Assembly: GCA_963827165.1 (NCBI GenBank)
Contig: CAWGZR010000004.1
Span: 160,001-224,000, forward strand
Length of the DNA: 64,000 nucleotides
Reading direction: 5' to 3'
Source: Candidatus Bathyarchaeota archaeon
Lineage (GTDB): Archaea; Thermoproteota; Bathyarchaeia; Bathyarchaeales; Bathycorpusculaceae
The notes under the pieces were generated by a model. That model was not told the DNA's origin and made no database searches. It saw only the letters and a list, made by a program, of their open reading frames with translations. Positions 49,882-60,545 of the stretch are shown here, one piece after another (the first letter of the stretch is position 1; every line of letters begins with the position of its first letter). The position numbers and the translations under genes were made by a program.

Positions 49882-52177
49882 TCAGAAACTCAAAAGGCTC
49901 TTTTGCTTTTGTTCTCTAACTTCTTGGCAGATTGATTCAATGCTGTAGCCCTCGAAGCTTAGCAGGTTTGCCGCTGAGGAGTAAAGCAGCATGAGGTATT
50001 TTTCGGTGTCCGGTTCTGCATCTTTTTCGATCAGCTGAGCCGCTTTGACCCGTCGTTCATGCTTCTTGTGTTTTGAGTGTGTGAACAGGAACTTTACGCT
50101 GTTTCCCGCGTGCACATCTACGCCCGCCTTGATCAGTTGCTCTGCAGCGATGACTTGGCTAACGTGCTGATGATATCGCTCTGGGGCACTTGACATCCGC
50201 TTGGATATTATCAAGTCTCCAATAGGCACTTCTCCATCAAGCAGTTTCTTCCGGTACTTTCGTACAACGTCCAGCGCAGAAGGAATTTTCTGGCGCAGTT
50301 CAGCGGTGTTGTCAGCTGTGGAGAGTGCGTTAATCATTTCCGTTTGGGCGTCAAATACAAATCGAGGTGTATCTCTTCGGCGGATCTCTAATCCACGAAT
50401 TTTGATTTTGCCATCCTCCATAACGCCATAATAGCGGTTCAAAACACCGACACGTGGATGTGTTTTAGAGGGCAAGAAGACGATCCATTTGTAGCGCCCT
50501 TCGAAATTAATCTGTATCCCCGAATGCTCAGTTATTATTTTGCAGAGATTTTCGTAGTCGTCTATTTTTGCGTCTGCCTTTTTGAGCCAGAGTGAATCAA
50601 CAATTCCATGAATAACTTCAAAGCCTGCCTTTTCCGCTGTGCGCGAAGCATTTAGCAGAATTTCTCGGCCAAACGCGCAAACCCCGATGTGCCCATCTAC
50701 GGTCCCGAATTTGGCGTTCTTGTAGCCAAGATATCCAAAACAAGTAACTAAAATCCATTTGAGAGCTATCTGTCGATTATCGTAGACTACGCTGAGATGG
50801 GGATCGGGAGATTCTTTTTTCATTTTTTTGTAGTAGAGACGTTTGTCGACTACGAACTTTAGAGTTTTGGGAACAATTCCAGTGCGTTTTGTGCATATGT
50901 GATAGTTTAGTTCAGGGATAAGTCTTGGCGAGTCTGGACAGCATTTGCAAAGAACTGTTTCGGCGGATATGTTGTTGTTCGCCATTATGCTTGGGTACAT
51001 GCTGCTGAAGTCCACTTCGCCGACAAAGTCATGAGCCCCTACCTTAGGTTCATAAACGAAGCCTCCTCGATCGCCAACTAGGAGATCATATGCCGACTTG
51101 AAAGCTTCAGGTATGCTTTTATTTCTTGGAATAAGCACATCGTCTTTTATGGCTTGGTAGAATTGAAGCGAAGACATGCTTGAGCCTATGGAATTTCGAG
51201 CTGCGGTATGAAGTGGTACTCGACAGGTTCGCGCTATCTCGATTAGGCCGTCGAATCCTGCTTCAGACAAAACGAAAGTATTGCTCTCATCGATATGGAT
51301 TCTTCCGTAAAGTCGGATAGGCCCAGCCCGGTAAAATGTGCGCCCATATGAAAAGAAAGTTTTTCCTGCAGGTGTTTTCGAAGGAAACGGTGTGCCATCT
51401 CTACTCAATGTAAACTTTTCAATGACGTTGTTTATGATTGCTCGCTCTGTCAGGTAAGGGAAAAGGTGCGAGTCCCCTCCAGAAGTTACCACGAAATCTG
51501 GATCAAGTGCCTTGACTATTTCAACTAGTTGCAGCAGCTTTCCAGATTCTTCCCCAGAATCGATTTGTATTTCTTTTTGGTCTTGGCTTACCCGAATTGT
51601 GCCGATGGGGTCATTAAAGTCTGCAATTCTATTTTTCTTAGCAATCTCTACGTCCAATTTTAAAACTCGCAAAGTAGGAACAGTGTAGTCAGTGCTGGAA
51701 ACTGAATCAAGCAGATTGTATTGAAGGCCTGTTTTTTCGACTTTAACTTCCGCGAAGGCAAGGGGAAAGATATCGTGGCTGAAAAAGTAAGCTCGGTCTC
51801 CTTTGAGGTCGCAGTTGGAGACCTGATAGCGCAAGAAATCGCCCTGCCTCAGAATATAGTTTGTTAAACTCTGCGTTCGCCTGCAATCTCTAAGCGAAAG
51901 CTCCAAAACTTTGGATTTCTCTGAATCTGTCGGTTGAGCATACTTGTAAGCAAAACTCCATTTAGCTATGTCCTGGTTGTTATAAAGTCGACCAATCAAG
52001 AGATCAATACACTCTTGCCTTGAAGAAACGTAAATTTTGGGATGGAATATATCGGTGAGTCTGATTCTCTGACCCGATTCACTTATGACCCAAACTGTGA
52101 TTTCGCCTTCATTTGAAGGGTAAGCATCAAGTATCCAACCTTTAATTTTACAAGAACTGCTAATTCTAAGCGTTCAA
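49882..52177 (-). CDS. polB2: Family B DNA polymerase, PolB2 group; frame open to 52173, TTG 52177 offset by one base
   Basis: N-terminal KGWILDAYP upstream of the ORF-track start; DFSSMYPS, KWILVTCFGY, HGIVDS in place of YGDTDS; GGAGG before the TTG. Confidence 0.88.
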
Positions 52178-52319
52178 TTCCCTCCCAGCCTTAGATCATT
52201 TGAAATTCTCTAATTGCGCTAAATCGAAAGACTTGCGCTTATTCGTAAAATTACTTAAAAGTGATTTGCCAAAACGACCGAACCACACAGTGGAGGGGTG
52301 AATGAAAATGAATCTTTTG

Positions 52320-52481
52320 GCAACAACGCCTGAAGAGACCTTGGCAATAGAAAGCGCGAGACAAAAACACGTTGAAGCCGATTTCGCAGTTGCACAGATC
52401 ATTTATGCAGGAACCCTAAGCCGTTCGGCGGATTGCAAATACAGGAAGATAAGCCCGAAAAACCCGTCGATAGGTTTTTAT
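52320..52481 (+). pseudogene. Decayed 3' end of a tyrosine integrase plus end motif (relic B)
   Basis: Frameshifted ATTPEETLAI.KA..QKHVE...HLCRNPKPFGGLQI aligns with the integrase relic at 60.4-60.5 kb. Confidence 0.65.
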
Positions 52482-52612
52482 CTTCTCAGAGTGGCGAAAT
52501 CTCCCGCACAACAATCTCTTTTTCTTTTTATACGTTAGTTTTCTAAAGTTTTGATGGAGACAGGACCTTAGTCGAAACCCTTAAGATAGCAGGAAATCCT
52601 CCACAACTATTT

Positions 52613-52804
52613 TTATGTTTTTCGTCCAACAAAAACTCCGGCAACTATTCCAGTTAAGCCCGTAATGGCACTGAAAACTTCGCTATTCCAGCTATGCAAG
52701 AAAGCCATGCTACCAATCTCTAACGCTGAAAGACACACAGTTACGCCTATCCCAAACTTTACAACGTACACAAGCGTCTCATCTGGCTCCTCTTCAATCA
52801 CCAC
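52613..52804 (-). CDS. Small 2-TM protein
   Basis: Two hydrophobic helices; may be N-terminally truncated. Confidence 0.55.
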   Translation of the reverse strand: MVIEEEPDETLVYVVKFGIGVTVCLSALEIGSMAFLHSWNSEVFSAITGLTGIVAGVFVGRKT

Positions 52805-52887
52805 CTATTAAGTTGATTTGAAAAAATAAAGATGAGTTTGCTTTGTGTTTTGCCGCTTGTTGGACTACACTGTGTGGGATGTCGCTT

Positions 52888-55800
52888 TTAGCTTATGCTA
52901 AGATTGCTTGTTGCACAGGGCATTAGTTGATTTCCACTTCCATTGTTGGGAGCGTAGAGTGCGTCTGTGGTAAATGTTATGTTTGTTGGCGCATTGTTCA
53001 TAACTTGGAAGGTTAAGGTTGCAAGATCGCCGCTACCGCTAATGTTTGATAATGACAATAGAGCGTCGCACATGTCTCGTAAAATGCCATTGCTCAGCAC
53101 CAGTGGGTCGTTGAGGGAATTTAGAAACAGTGTTGAACCGCCTGAAGAAAAAAATGACCCTTCAGCAATGTCAGTCAATCTTAGAATGTTAGGATCCCAG
53201 GAGAGGCTACAGTCCCAGCCCCAGAGGCCAGTGACATTGTCAACATGTAGAGTCACGGTGAAGCTTTCGCCAGCATTTGGCAAAACCGATGGACCGACGA
53301 GACTGAGCTCAACGTCTTCGTTTGCGGTGCCTTGTCCGCTCGACGTGTTTAAGTTGTTACCTGAAGTTTGTGATCCAGTGGAAACCGATTGATTGCCGAT
53401 CTGCTGATTGCAAGTATTGTTCCAAGCTTGATAGTAACTAGTGAAAGCCGTGACATCATTGAAGTTTATTTGTCCCGAAGCGGTGAAGTCAAGATACGGA
53501 TTGTAGATTTGCTGAGCGGCGTATGCCTGGTAGTAAGCTGTAAAATAACTTATGTCGTTCATGTTACAACTGCCGTCAGGCATTGTCCAAGTCTGGTTTG
53601 ATTGCGGCGTCACAGGGTAGCCCTTATTGTCTTCCGGTTGCATTCCCGCCATGTCCGCTGGGTATTGATAACAGTTTCCACGCTGCATACTTGCGCCTCG
53701 AATCAAACTAATAAAGACCCCTACAGCCATATCAGCAGCACTAGTTGGGCTTAACACATTGTTTGTTATCATCCAGAACATCTTTGATGGGTAAAATGGT
53801 TCAGTTGGATCTCCGCCGTACCCAACAGCCCAAAGCTGCAGGTTAGTTATGTCTGCCCATTCCTCGTCAGTCGGCAGCCTACCCACTACACCTAGATCAT
53901 AAAAACCCTGTGATACGGCACTATATATGTAATCGTCGCCGCTTCCTATTCCGGTAAAAGTGTTTATTGAAAAGTTCTGTTGTTGCATGGACTGCAGAGT
54001 ATTAAAGTAATTTGGGAAGAAAAGCGTTTGGTCCAAAATGAATCCACTTGCGCTGCTTGAGCTACTGAGGGCTACAATTAAGTTTTCTGTTGTATGTGCC
54101 ATGAAGATCGCTGAAATCGTGTGGGAAGCTTGGACGTTGTTGAAGGTATATGATGATGCAGCCCCCAATGAGGAGCCATCAATTGTCAAGGAAGCAATAG
54201 AGTAACCGGTACTTGGCGTGATAGTGAAGGTCTGACTTCCGCCACGAGGGACGGAGGTTGTTCCAGGAGAAATGGTGCCGTTGGAAGTCTGAGTAACAGT
54301 GATCGTGTATGTCTCTACAAAAGTTGCTGAGATCGAGGCGGGACCTCCGATGTCAGTAAATGTGTAGGTACTTACAGCACCTTGATCTTGATTAGGATTA
54401 GTAGTGGTAACATCGAAAATCGAGTAGCCTGAGTTAGCCGTTACAGTAAATGTTTGGTTCGTTCCTGCAGGAACCTGGACCGAGCCTGATGGACTAATGG
54501 AACCACCTAAACCAGCAGAAGCAGTAATTGTACAGTTAAAATTTGCTACCAAAGCTGTGACCCCTGTAAGACTAAAATTGGTCAGCGGATTTCCGTATAT
54601 GTTTCCATAGCCATTTGCGCCATAATTCGCATACCAATATCCAAACGTGTATCCGGCGTATGCGTTAGCGGTGAACGTCTCCCCATTAATAGAAACAGTT
54701 CCTGCGTTAATTGGGTAGCATGAAACAGGATTATTGCTTGAACCAAAATACACTGAAATTATGTTAGGGTTTTGATTAATTGCATTGAATTGATGGCTGC
54801 TGCCGTTTCCAACGTAATTACCATCGACATAGATAGCCGTTACGACATTGCCAGTGTTGGGCATCATCACGAATTGTGGAGTATCCCCTGCGTTAACGCC
54901 CAGAGTCGCCACTTGAGAATAGGTGTTCGGGGGAATGTAATAATAGACGGTGCCTCCAGTGCTCGAATAAACATTTACGAGGTATTGTTTTTGTGTTTGA
55001 TAAGTACGGTATAGGTTGACGCGGCCATCGCCTCCGTCATTTAGATGTAAATTAACGCCGGGGTCAGGATTGGTGGGTATTTTCAGATATAAAATGTTAG
55101 TGCCTCCTGGATGGTCGTTGTAGTATTGGCTGAGGACCGAGTCAGTTGCCAAGTCGACTCCGTGAGCCATCGTATAGTTGCCGTCTTTGACATGGTAGAA
55201 AGTCTTCCAGTGCGTATTGTCCAGTGAAAGTTGAAAGGGGACATCTGAGGTGATAGCATCTGCAGCGTTTCCCTGATCGTCACATGTGTTCACATTGTTT
55301 AAGTTAAATAGACAATGAGAAGGGCCAACGTAACTATTGTAAATGCCAAAAGTTGCGTTTGGGTTTGTCCAGGTCCAAGTGTAGGTTGTTTCTCTGTTAA
55401 GAATCCTTCCATTGTGATTATCCCAATAATAGGCAGTGTAGCTGAGTCCTCCACAGTTTTCATAATTACATGGGTAATCTTGTCTCGGGGCGATATCATT
55501 GCTGCCTGATTTCGTTTGATTAGTTGAGCATGGTACGCCGGAACCGTTGCACATTCCACCGTTACATTGCTGACTACTATCGCAGGGCAGTTGGCACATA
55601 CCATAACCCCTAACTATTTGTAATCCCTTTATCCAGACAGTAACTTTTGGATCATTATTCGTAAAGGACAGCGTATTTGATCCAGTGTCATCGAATATGA
55701 TATCACCATTTGAATTCTCAAATAGAGAAACATCCTGCGTCTCTGTACAGTCATCACCTGCTAATTTGCTATGATAACGGTCATTACTGAATGTCCCAAA

Positions 55801-56101
55801 AGAACTATGAGATCGCAAACCCTATTGGTCCAACGTAAGCCCCCGACGAATCTTCCTCCGTATGAATGGTATACGTAATGTTGCAAACGTTAGCGCCTTG
55901 ATAGCATTGTGGTTGAGTGCATGTGAAAGAACCCCCTACATTGGTTAATGGCGGTATTTCGAGGTCCAAAGGTCCCCAGATTGTAGTTCCAAATCCACCT
56001 ACCTGATTTATTGGTGGACAAGATGGACCGCTTTTTCCACCCGTCGCGTTTGATGAGCAATTAAAGTCACTAACGCAATCCATTAAATGAGTCTGTGACA
56101 T
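52888..56101 (-). CDS. ~1070-aa multidomain protein: Cys-rich N-region, InlB-B-like repeats, PBP-like segment, dockerin, cohesin; frameshift near 55810
   Basis: GGAGGTGA RBS before ATG 56101; overlapping ORFs 55805-56101 and 52888-55818 have the same composition; GSISPSGSV repeats; paired Ca-binding loops; GESFTV...SWDPNIL...GSGDLATLTF. Confidence 0.75.
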
Positions 56102-56519
56102 CCATTTTCACCTCCTTTTGCATTTGAATGGTTTTTTTGTTTTCGGTCTGTATTGGACATGCGGTTAAGTCGTGAAGACTTTCGCATGTCGCTTTCGCTT
56201 TGTTTCTCTTTTCTAACATATTTGATTCATCCAATTATCAATATCAAAGAGCATGTTACCTAAGAAAATGGGAAAAGGTTCGTGTCTTGGATTCTTAATT
56301 AGCTAAATTAAAAATTAATGCTAGATAAGTTGTCTTCCAAAAACTCGGAATTTAAATAATTTTTCCAATATTGTCTTTTTCGCTTAAGCACTCTCGCTGT
56401 TATTTGTTTCAAGCCTCTTACTTGCAGTTATACTTAGGTATCGAAAGACAACCAACTTTAGCAGGCAGAACCTTTCTTCCATGATAGAGTGTACCCCTTC
56501 TCCTTTAGCGGTTACCAGC

Positions 56520-56583
56520 TAGTCAAAGAAACCTTGACTAAATCAAGTCAAGAAACCTTTATGGATAGGCTTTAATAGCCTAT
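56520..56583. promoter_or_regulatory. Repeat-rich putative operator/promoter
   Basis: Alternating TAGTCAA / TTGACTA / AGTCAAG half-sites and ATAGGC-N7-GCCTAT just upstream of ATG 56601. Confidence 0.4.
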
Positions 56584-56600
56584 AGTTCGAAATAGTAAGC

Positions 56601-57572
56601 ATGGGCTGTTCAAGTAGGGTTGCGACTTTGGTGCTTGTTTTCGTATGTCTGACTTCTTTGGTTACTGAGCAACTTATCACTGTTAAGGGTCAACCAAACA
56701 ATAAACAAGTTTCAGCCCCTACTCTAGAGTGGCAACAATACTATTTTAATTCAGGCTCCCAAGATGAGAACGGTATTGAGTCGGCATCCAACCTAATTCA
56801 AACAAGAGACGGCGGATATGTCTTCATGGATTTAGGCTGGTCACACCAAGAGACCTTTACGCCAACAACCGTTTACAAAGTTGATTCTTCAGGCAACATG
56901 GAATGGACGAAAACCATCGATGGGTTTGTGGGGTCAACCATTATCCAAACCAACGATGGAGGATATGAAATAGCAGGAGAATGGTCCACGTACGGAACGA
57001 CCTACAAATACACGCCCACCCTCATCAAAACTGACTCTCAAGCAAATATTCAATGGGTCCAAAATTATTCAAAAGTGCCAAACTTGGGCGATCTGACTTC
57101 GCCGAACTTTAGTGTTTCTTCAAGCACTCCGAGAATCCAAACCAGCGACGGCGGTTATGCTTATTGGAACTATCAAACCGATAATGCCTCGTTTGAAAGC
57201 ATTGCGAAGACTGACTCAAATAACACCATACAGTGGGTAGAAAACTTGACCTTCGCAAGTGACTATGGCATTACTATTCTTCCAATAACTTCGCTAATTG
57301 AAACATCCGATGGAGCGCTTGCCGCATTAGGGGTAGGATACATGATGGGTACTGATTCACCTCTAACTGGCAGAATTTACTTAGTTAAGACAGAACCATT
57401 TTTGCCTCTGCCCTCACCGACTGCATTACCGACTCCAATTCAAACGCCTTCAATGATTCTTAGCGAGCCAGTTTTGGAATCAATAATCATAGCTCTTACG
57501 TTAACCTTAGCCGTGGTTGTCAGTTTGCTGCTTTTCAGAAGACATCGAAAGAACCGAGAACAAGGTGAGTAG
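56601..57572 (+). CDS. Secreted/membrane-anchored protein with QTxDGGY beta-propeller-like repeats
   Basis: Signal peptide, 4 (I)QTxDGG repeats, Pro/Thr linker, C-terminal TM + RRHRK. Confidence 0.8.
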   Translation: MGCSSRVATLVLVFVCLTSLVTEQLITVKGQPNNKQVSAPTLEWQQYYFNSGSQDENGIESASNLIQTRDGGYVFMDLGWSHQETFTPTTVYKVDSSGNMEWTKTIDGFVGSTIIQTNDGGYEIAGEWSTYGTTYKYTPTLIKTDSQANIQWVQNYSKVPNLGDLTSPNFSVSSSTPRIQTSDGGYAYWNYQTDNASFESIAKTDSNNTIQWVENLTFASDYGITILPITSLIETSDGALAALGVGYMMGTDSPLTGRIYLVKTEPFLPLPSPTALPTPIQTPSMILSEPVLESIIIALTLTLAVVVSLLLFRRHRKNREQGE

Positions 57573-57690
57573 ATTTTCTCACAGAATTATTCTAGATTTC
57601 TCGCTTCTGATGCTGAGGTCTTATTGTATATTAAGGTTTTTTGCTATTTAATAATAAACGTAATCGGGAAAAAAAGGGATGATGTTGTTT

Positions 57691-57834
57691 TTATCGATCG
57701 CCGTATTCGGGGTTGGGTATGTCGGCGCCACATTTTTGACATTTATAGCTGTGGATTTTTTTGCGGCAGCTCTGGCATCGGCTCTGGATTACTGAGGTTC
57801 CGCAGGTTGGGCATTGCAAATCAACGACTTTCAA
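57691..57834 (-). CDS. 47-aa zinc-finger microprotein (three CxxC)
   Basis: MKVVDLQCPTCGTSVIQSRCQSCRKKIHSYKCQKCGADIPNPEYGDR*; GGAGGTGA RBS upstream. Confidence 0.65.
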   Translation of the reverse strand: MKVVDLQCPTCGTSVIQSRCQSCRKKIHSYKCQKCGADIPNPEYGDR

Positions 57835-58298
57835 CCTCTTTCACCTCCAGTTCAACGCGCCTGTTAGAAGGTAAGTTTGCCGTTCCATTAGCATACAGCG
57901 AGATGATTTTTGGGGCAAGGTTTCTATGCCGTCGTTCAAGGAACCGGCGAATTGATGTTCGTAGGTAATCGAGCAGCCGTTTTCTTGGGAAGCGTTTCCT
58001 TGCGCGGATGCCTTGATTTGGGGGATTTCCATAGATAGCTTTTTCATTTTTTCTTTTCAACTCTATGTTTGTTTAATTGCCGTTTTGAACAATGATTCTA
58101 GAGACAAATGGAGAGCCGTCTCTAGGTTTCTGTGACTTTGGGTTGGCATGAGAAACCGTGGATGTGCATGCGGACGGTTATTCGTCGTCTATCCAGATGC
58201 GGCAGATCGGACGTGCTTGCCGAAACATGACTGGGACAACCTATCAAGGCAGCCCGAGCCGAAAATGTCGAAATTGAACGCTTCAGGCAATTCAGCGC

Positions 58299-58712
58299 TC
58301 AAAGGGCTTTAGTCCGGTGCCCCCAAATTTCTCGGCGGCTCCCAACACTGGAACCCTCACTCGCATCCCCGGCAGCGGTTTTTTTCAACATCGCTTCCAG
58401 CATGTCCAGGTCTTTGTCAATTTGCTTTTCATTTACGCCCTTTTGCGATACGGTTTACGATTTGGACGGTGTAAGCGGCGATTCGGTGCAATATTGGTGT
58501 TCGGCTATGGTTAAGGGGCGTTGGTTTCCTTTTCGTCGACGACGTACTTGAAGATGCGTCGAGCGCAGTTGGTGGCGATTTGAAAGAGCCCTTCAAGCTG
58601 GAACATAAGTTTTCTGAGGTATGCTCGGCGTCCACGTAGAGAACGCGGCACGTCTTTATGACTCGAACGTCAACACGTTTATCAAGACTTAATCTATTAG
58701 GGATATTCTCAT
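58299..58712 (-). pseudogene. Multiply frameshifted helical hypothetical gene
   Basis: Joined frames read RKLMFQLEGLFQIA...KYVVDEKGNQRPLTIAEHQY..RIAAYTVQIVNRIAKGVNEKQIDKDLDMLEAMLKK. Confidence 0.45.
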
Positions 58713-58769
58713 CTTATAGGGCCACATAGTAGTAGTGACAAAAAACCAACACAAATTTGGAACCCAAAG

Positions 58770-58997
58770 TCAACCCATCCGCTGCAAACTACCTGTACCC
58801 CGCGAATCAATCAACACCTCACCCCGAGCCACATCAGGGACAAGATGCACCTCAACGGGTTCATGAAGCTGAGCCATCACATCAACGCGAGTCATCTGCG
58901 AAACAGCTTCGCCCAGTCCCCGATCATAAAAGCTGCCGCGCAAAATGATGCCGCGGATTTTTCTCTCCTGCATTTTTTTCTGGTTTCTTTTGTGCAT
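58770..58997 (-). CDS. Hypothetical protein
   Basis: 75-aa ORF co-oriented downstream of the small RHH gene. Confidence 0.4.
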   Translation of the reverse strand: MHKRNQKKMQERKIRGIILRGSFYDRGLGEAVSQMTRVDVMAQLHEPVEVHLVPDVARGEVLIDSRGTGSLQRMG

Positions 58998-59058
58998 AGA
59001 ATCAACTCAACGCCACTCGAGGCGGCGAAAAGAAATCGGCGACATTTGAAGGCAAGGT

Positions 59059-59215
59059 TTAGGGTTGTTTTAGGGTCGCGAGGTAGGTTCGGACGGTTTC
59101 TCTTACCAGTTCAGCCCGTGATCCGTAGCCGAGGAGTTTATGTTTGATGGCATGGTCGATTTGGGCCGACGAGTTCTTTGGGAAGTTTGACTGTCACCCA
59201 ATCTGAGTCTGCCAT
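59059..59215 (-). CDS. Small ribbon-helix-helix protein (one extra base near 59163)
   Basis: MADSDWVTVKLPKELV.QIDHAIKHKLLGYGSRAELVRETVRTYLATLKQP after frame correction. Confidence 0.7.
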
Positions 59216-59360
59216 GGTTGTGTCACTGTTGATACATGCATGTCTTGAGTCACATATAGGCATTACGAACACCAACCACTCAAACGCCGGCCACAAAGTC
59301 AAAAGAACTTCCGCAGTTTTACACAACTAAGTTTAAATCTTTGTTATTCACAGATGAATC

Positions 59361-59786
59361 ATGAGTGACAAAATGTCTTCTGAAGAACCCAACTCCGACG
59401 ACTACACAACAGTAAGACTACCCAAAGAACTGATGAAAGAAATAGACCAAATAATCAAACGCGGAACAAGAGGATACAAAAGCAGATCAGAATTCATAAA
59501 AGAAGCCCTAAGAAAACGCTTCGAAGAACTGCAAATCGCACAACTCACGCCGCAGCTACCGCCACTGGAGCATTTCAACGTAGATGAGGAAGGAGTCAGG
59601 ATCCTTGACAGAACTTTAGCCACTAAGACAACAAACGGCAGAATAATAGACATCTACTTTAAACCCGACAGCGTATGGTGCGACTACTGCCAATCCAGCA
59701 GTTGCCAACACATCAAATTCGCCCTCGAACTTCCAGTCGTTCAGGAGATTTTAGACAAGAAAGGCTGGATCACGAAAAGACAATAA
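59361..59786 (+). CDS. RHH regulator with C-terminal Zn-binding (SWIM-like) domain
   Basis: YTTVRLPKELMKEIDQII...GYKSRSEFIKEALR; WCDYCQSSSCQH. Confidence 0.85.
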   Translation: MSDKMSSEEPNSDDYTTVRLPKELMKEIDQIIKRGTRGYKSRSEFIKEALRKRFEELQIAQLTPQLPPLEHFNVDEEGVRILDRTLATKTTNGRIIDIYFKPDSVWCDYCQSSSCQHIKFALELPVVQEILDKKGWITKRQ

Positions 59787-59849
59787 AAAAAATAGAAATC
59801 TGTTGTGCTTTCAGCTTATCTGACTTTCATAATCCTGCTGATACAAAGA

Positions 59850-60215
59850 TCATTGTCGTTTTTCTTTTACAAGGCTTTTTAATTCGATGACTTGGATTGG
59901 GCATTCTTTCCAATCGTGCTCCCAACAAACCACATAATCGCAACCATCTTTAGGGTGACCATGTTTAACAAAGTCACTGCTTCGGTATTCAAACTCAATC
60001 GTAATCGGATAACCCTTTATCCTTCTCATATTTTTTGCCAAAAGTGTCCGGAAACCTGACCTGCTCTCCTTCGATGGTTATGCCTAGATCTTCCGCCACT
60101 TTAGAAAATAAGTAAATTACACCATTTTCGCTAAGTTGGAGCGTATGTTAATCCCCTGAAGTTTAAGGATGATCCAACCAAGGGTGTTGTTCCATGTTTT
60201 TGGTTAATCGGTTTT
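59850..60215 (-). pseudogene. PD-(D/E)xK-like endonuclease domain fragment with frameshifts
   Basis: Joined: LNFRGLTYAPT.ENGVIYLFSKVAEDLGI...FPD...IEFEYRSSDFVKHGH...CDYVVCWEHDW. Confidence 0.65.
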
Positions 60216-60250
60216 GCATGGTCTATGGGAACGGGGGATTTTCTGAAATT

Positions 60251-60545
60251 GTTAATTTCAAGAGTTTCAGACACCGGGGCGGAACAAAGATAGCAGCTGT
60301 CCAACGGAAACCCACTGTTCATAATGCGGATGCTAAGACACAAGTCATTCAAAAGCAGCCTCAAATACACCCATTCAATACAACATAAAGAGTAATACTA
60401 AGGCGTCACATCGGTAACAACACCAGAAGAAATCTAAGCTCTAGGCAAAGCTGGCTGGACAAAATACGACGAAATCACCGTTGCAGGCACAGCAATCCAT
60501 TTCTTCCGAAAACCAAAACGATTCGGCGGACTAAACCAAATATAG
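60251..60545 (+). pseudogene. Tyrosine integrase C-terminal remnant (relic A)
   Basis: FKSFRH.GGTKIA / SNGNPLFIMRMLRHKSFKSSLKYTH (second catalytic box and Tyr) / TTPEEI*ALGKAGWTKYDE...HFFRKPKRFGG; internal TAA stops and a frameshift. Confidence 0.75.

Noticed and set aside
55805-55807. TAG readthrough joining the two parts of the large surface gene
   Set aside because: The same frame hits TAA six codons later; a frameshift is required.
57821-58060. Overlapping 79-aa and 68-aa ORFs
   Set aside because: Cannot decide which frame, if either, is coding; no motif.
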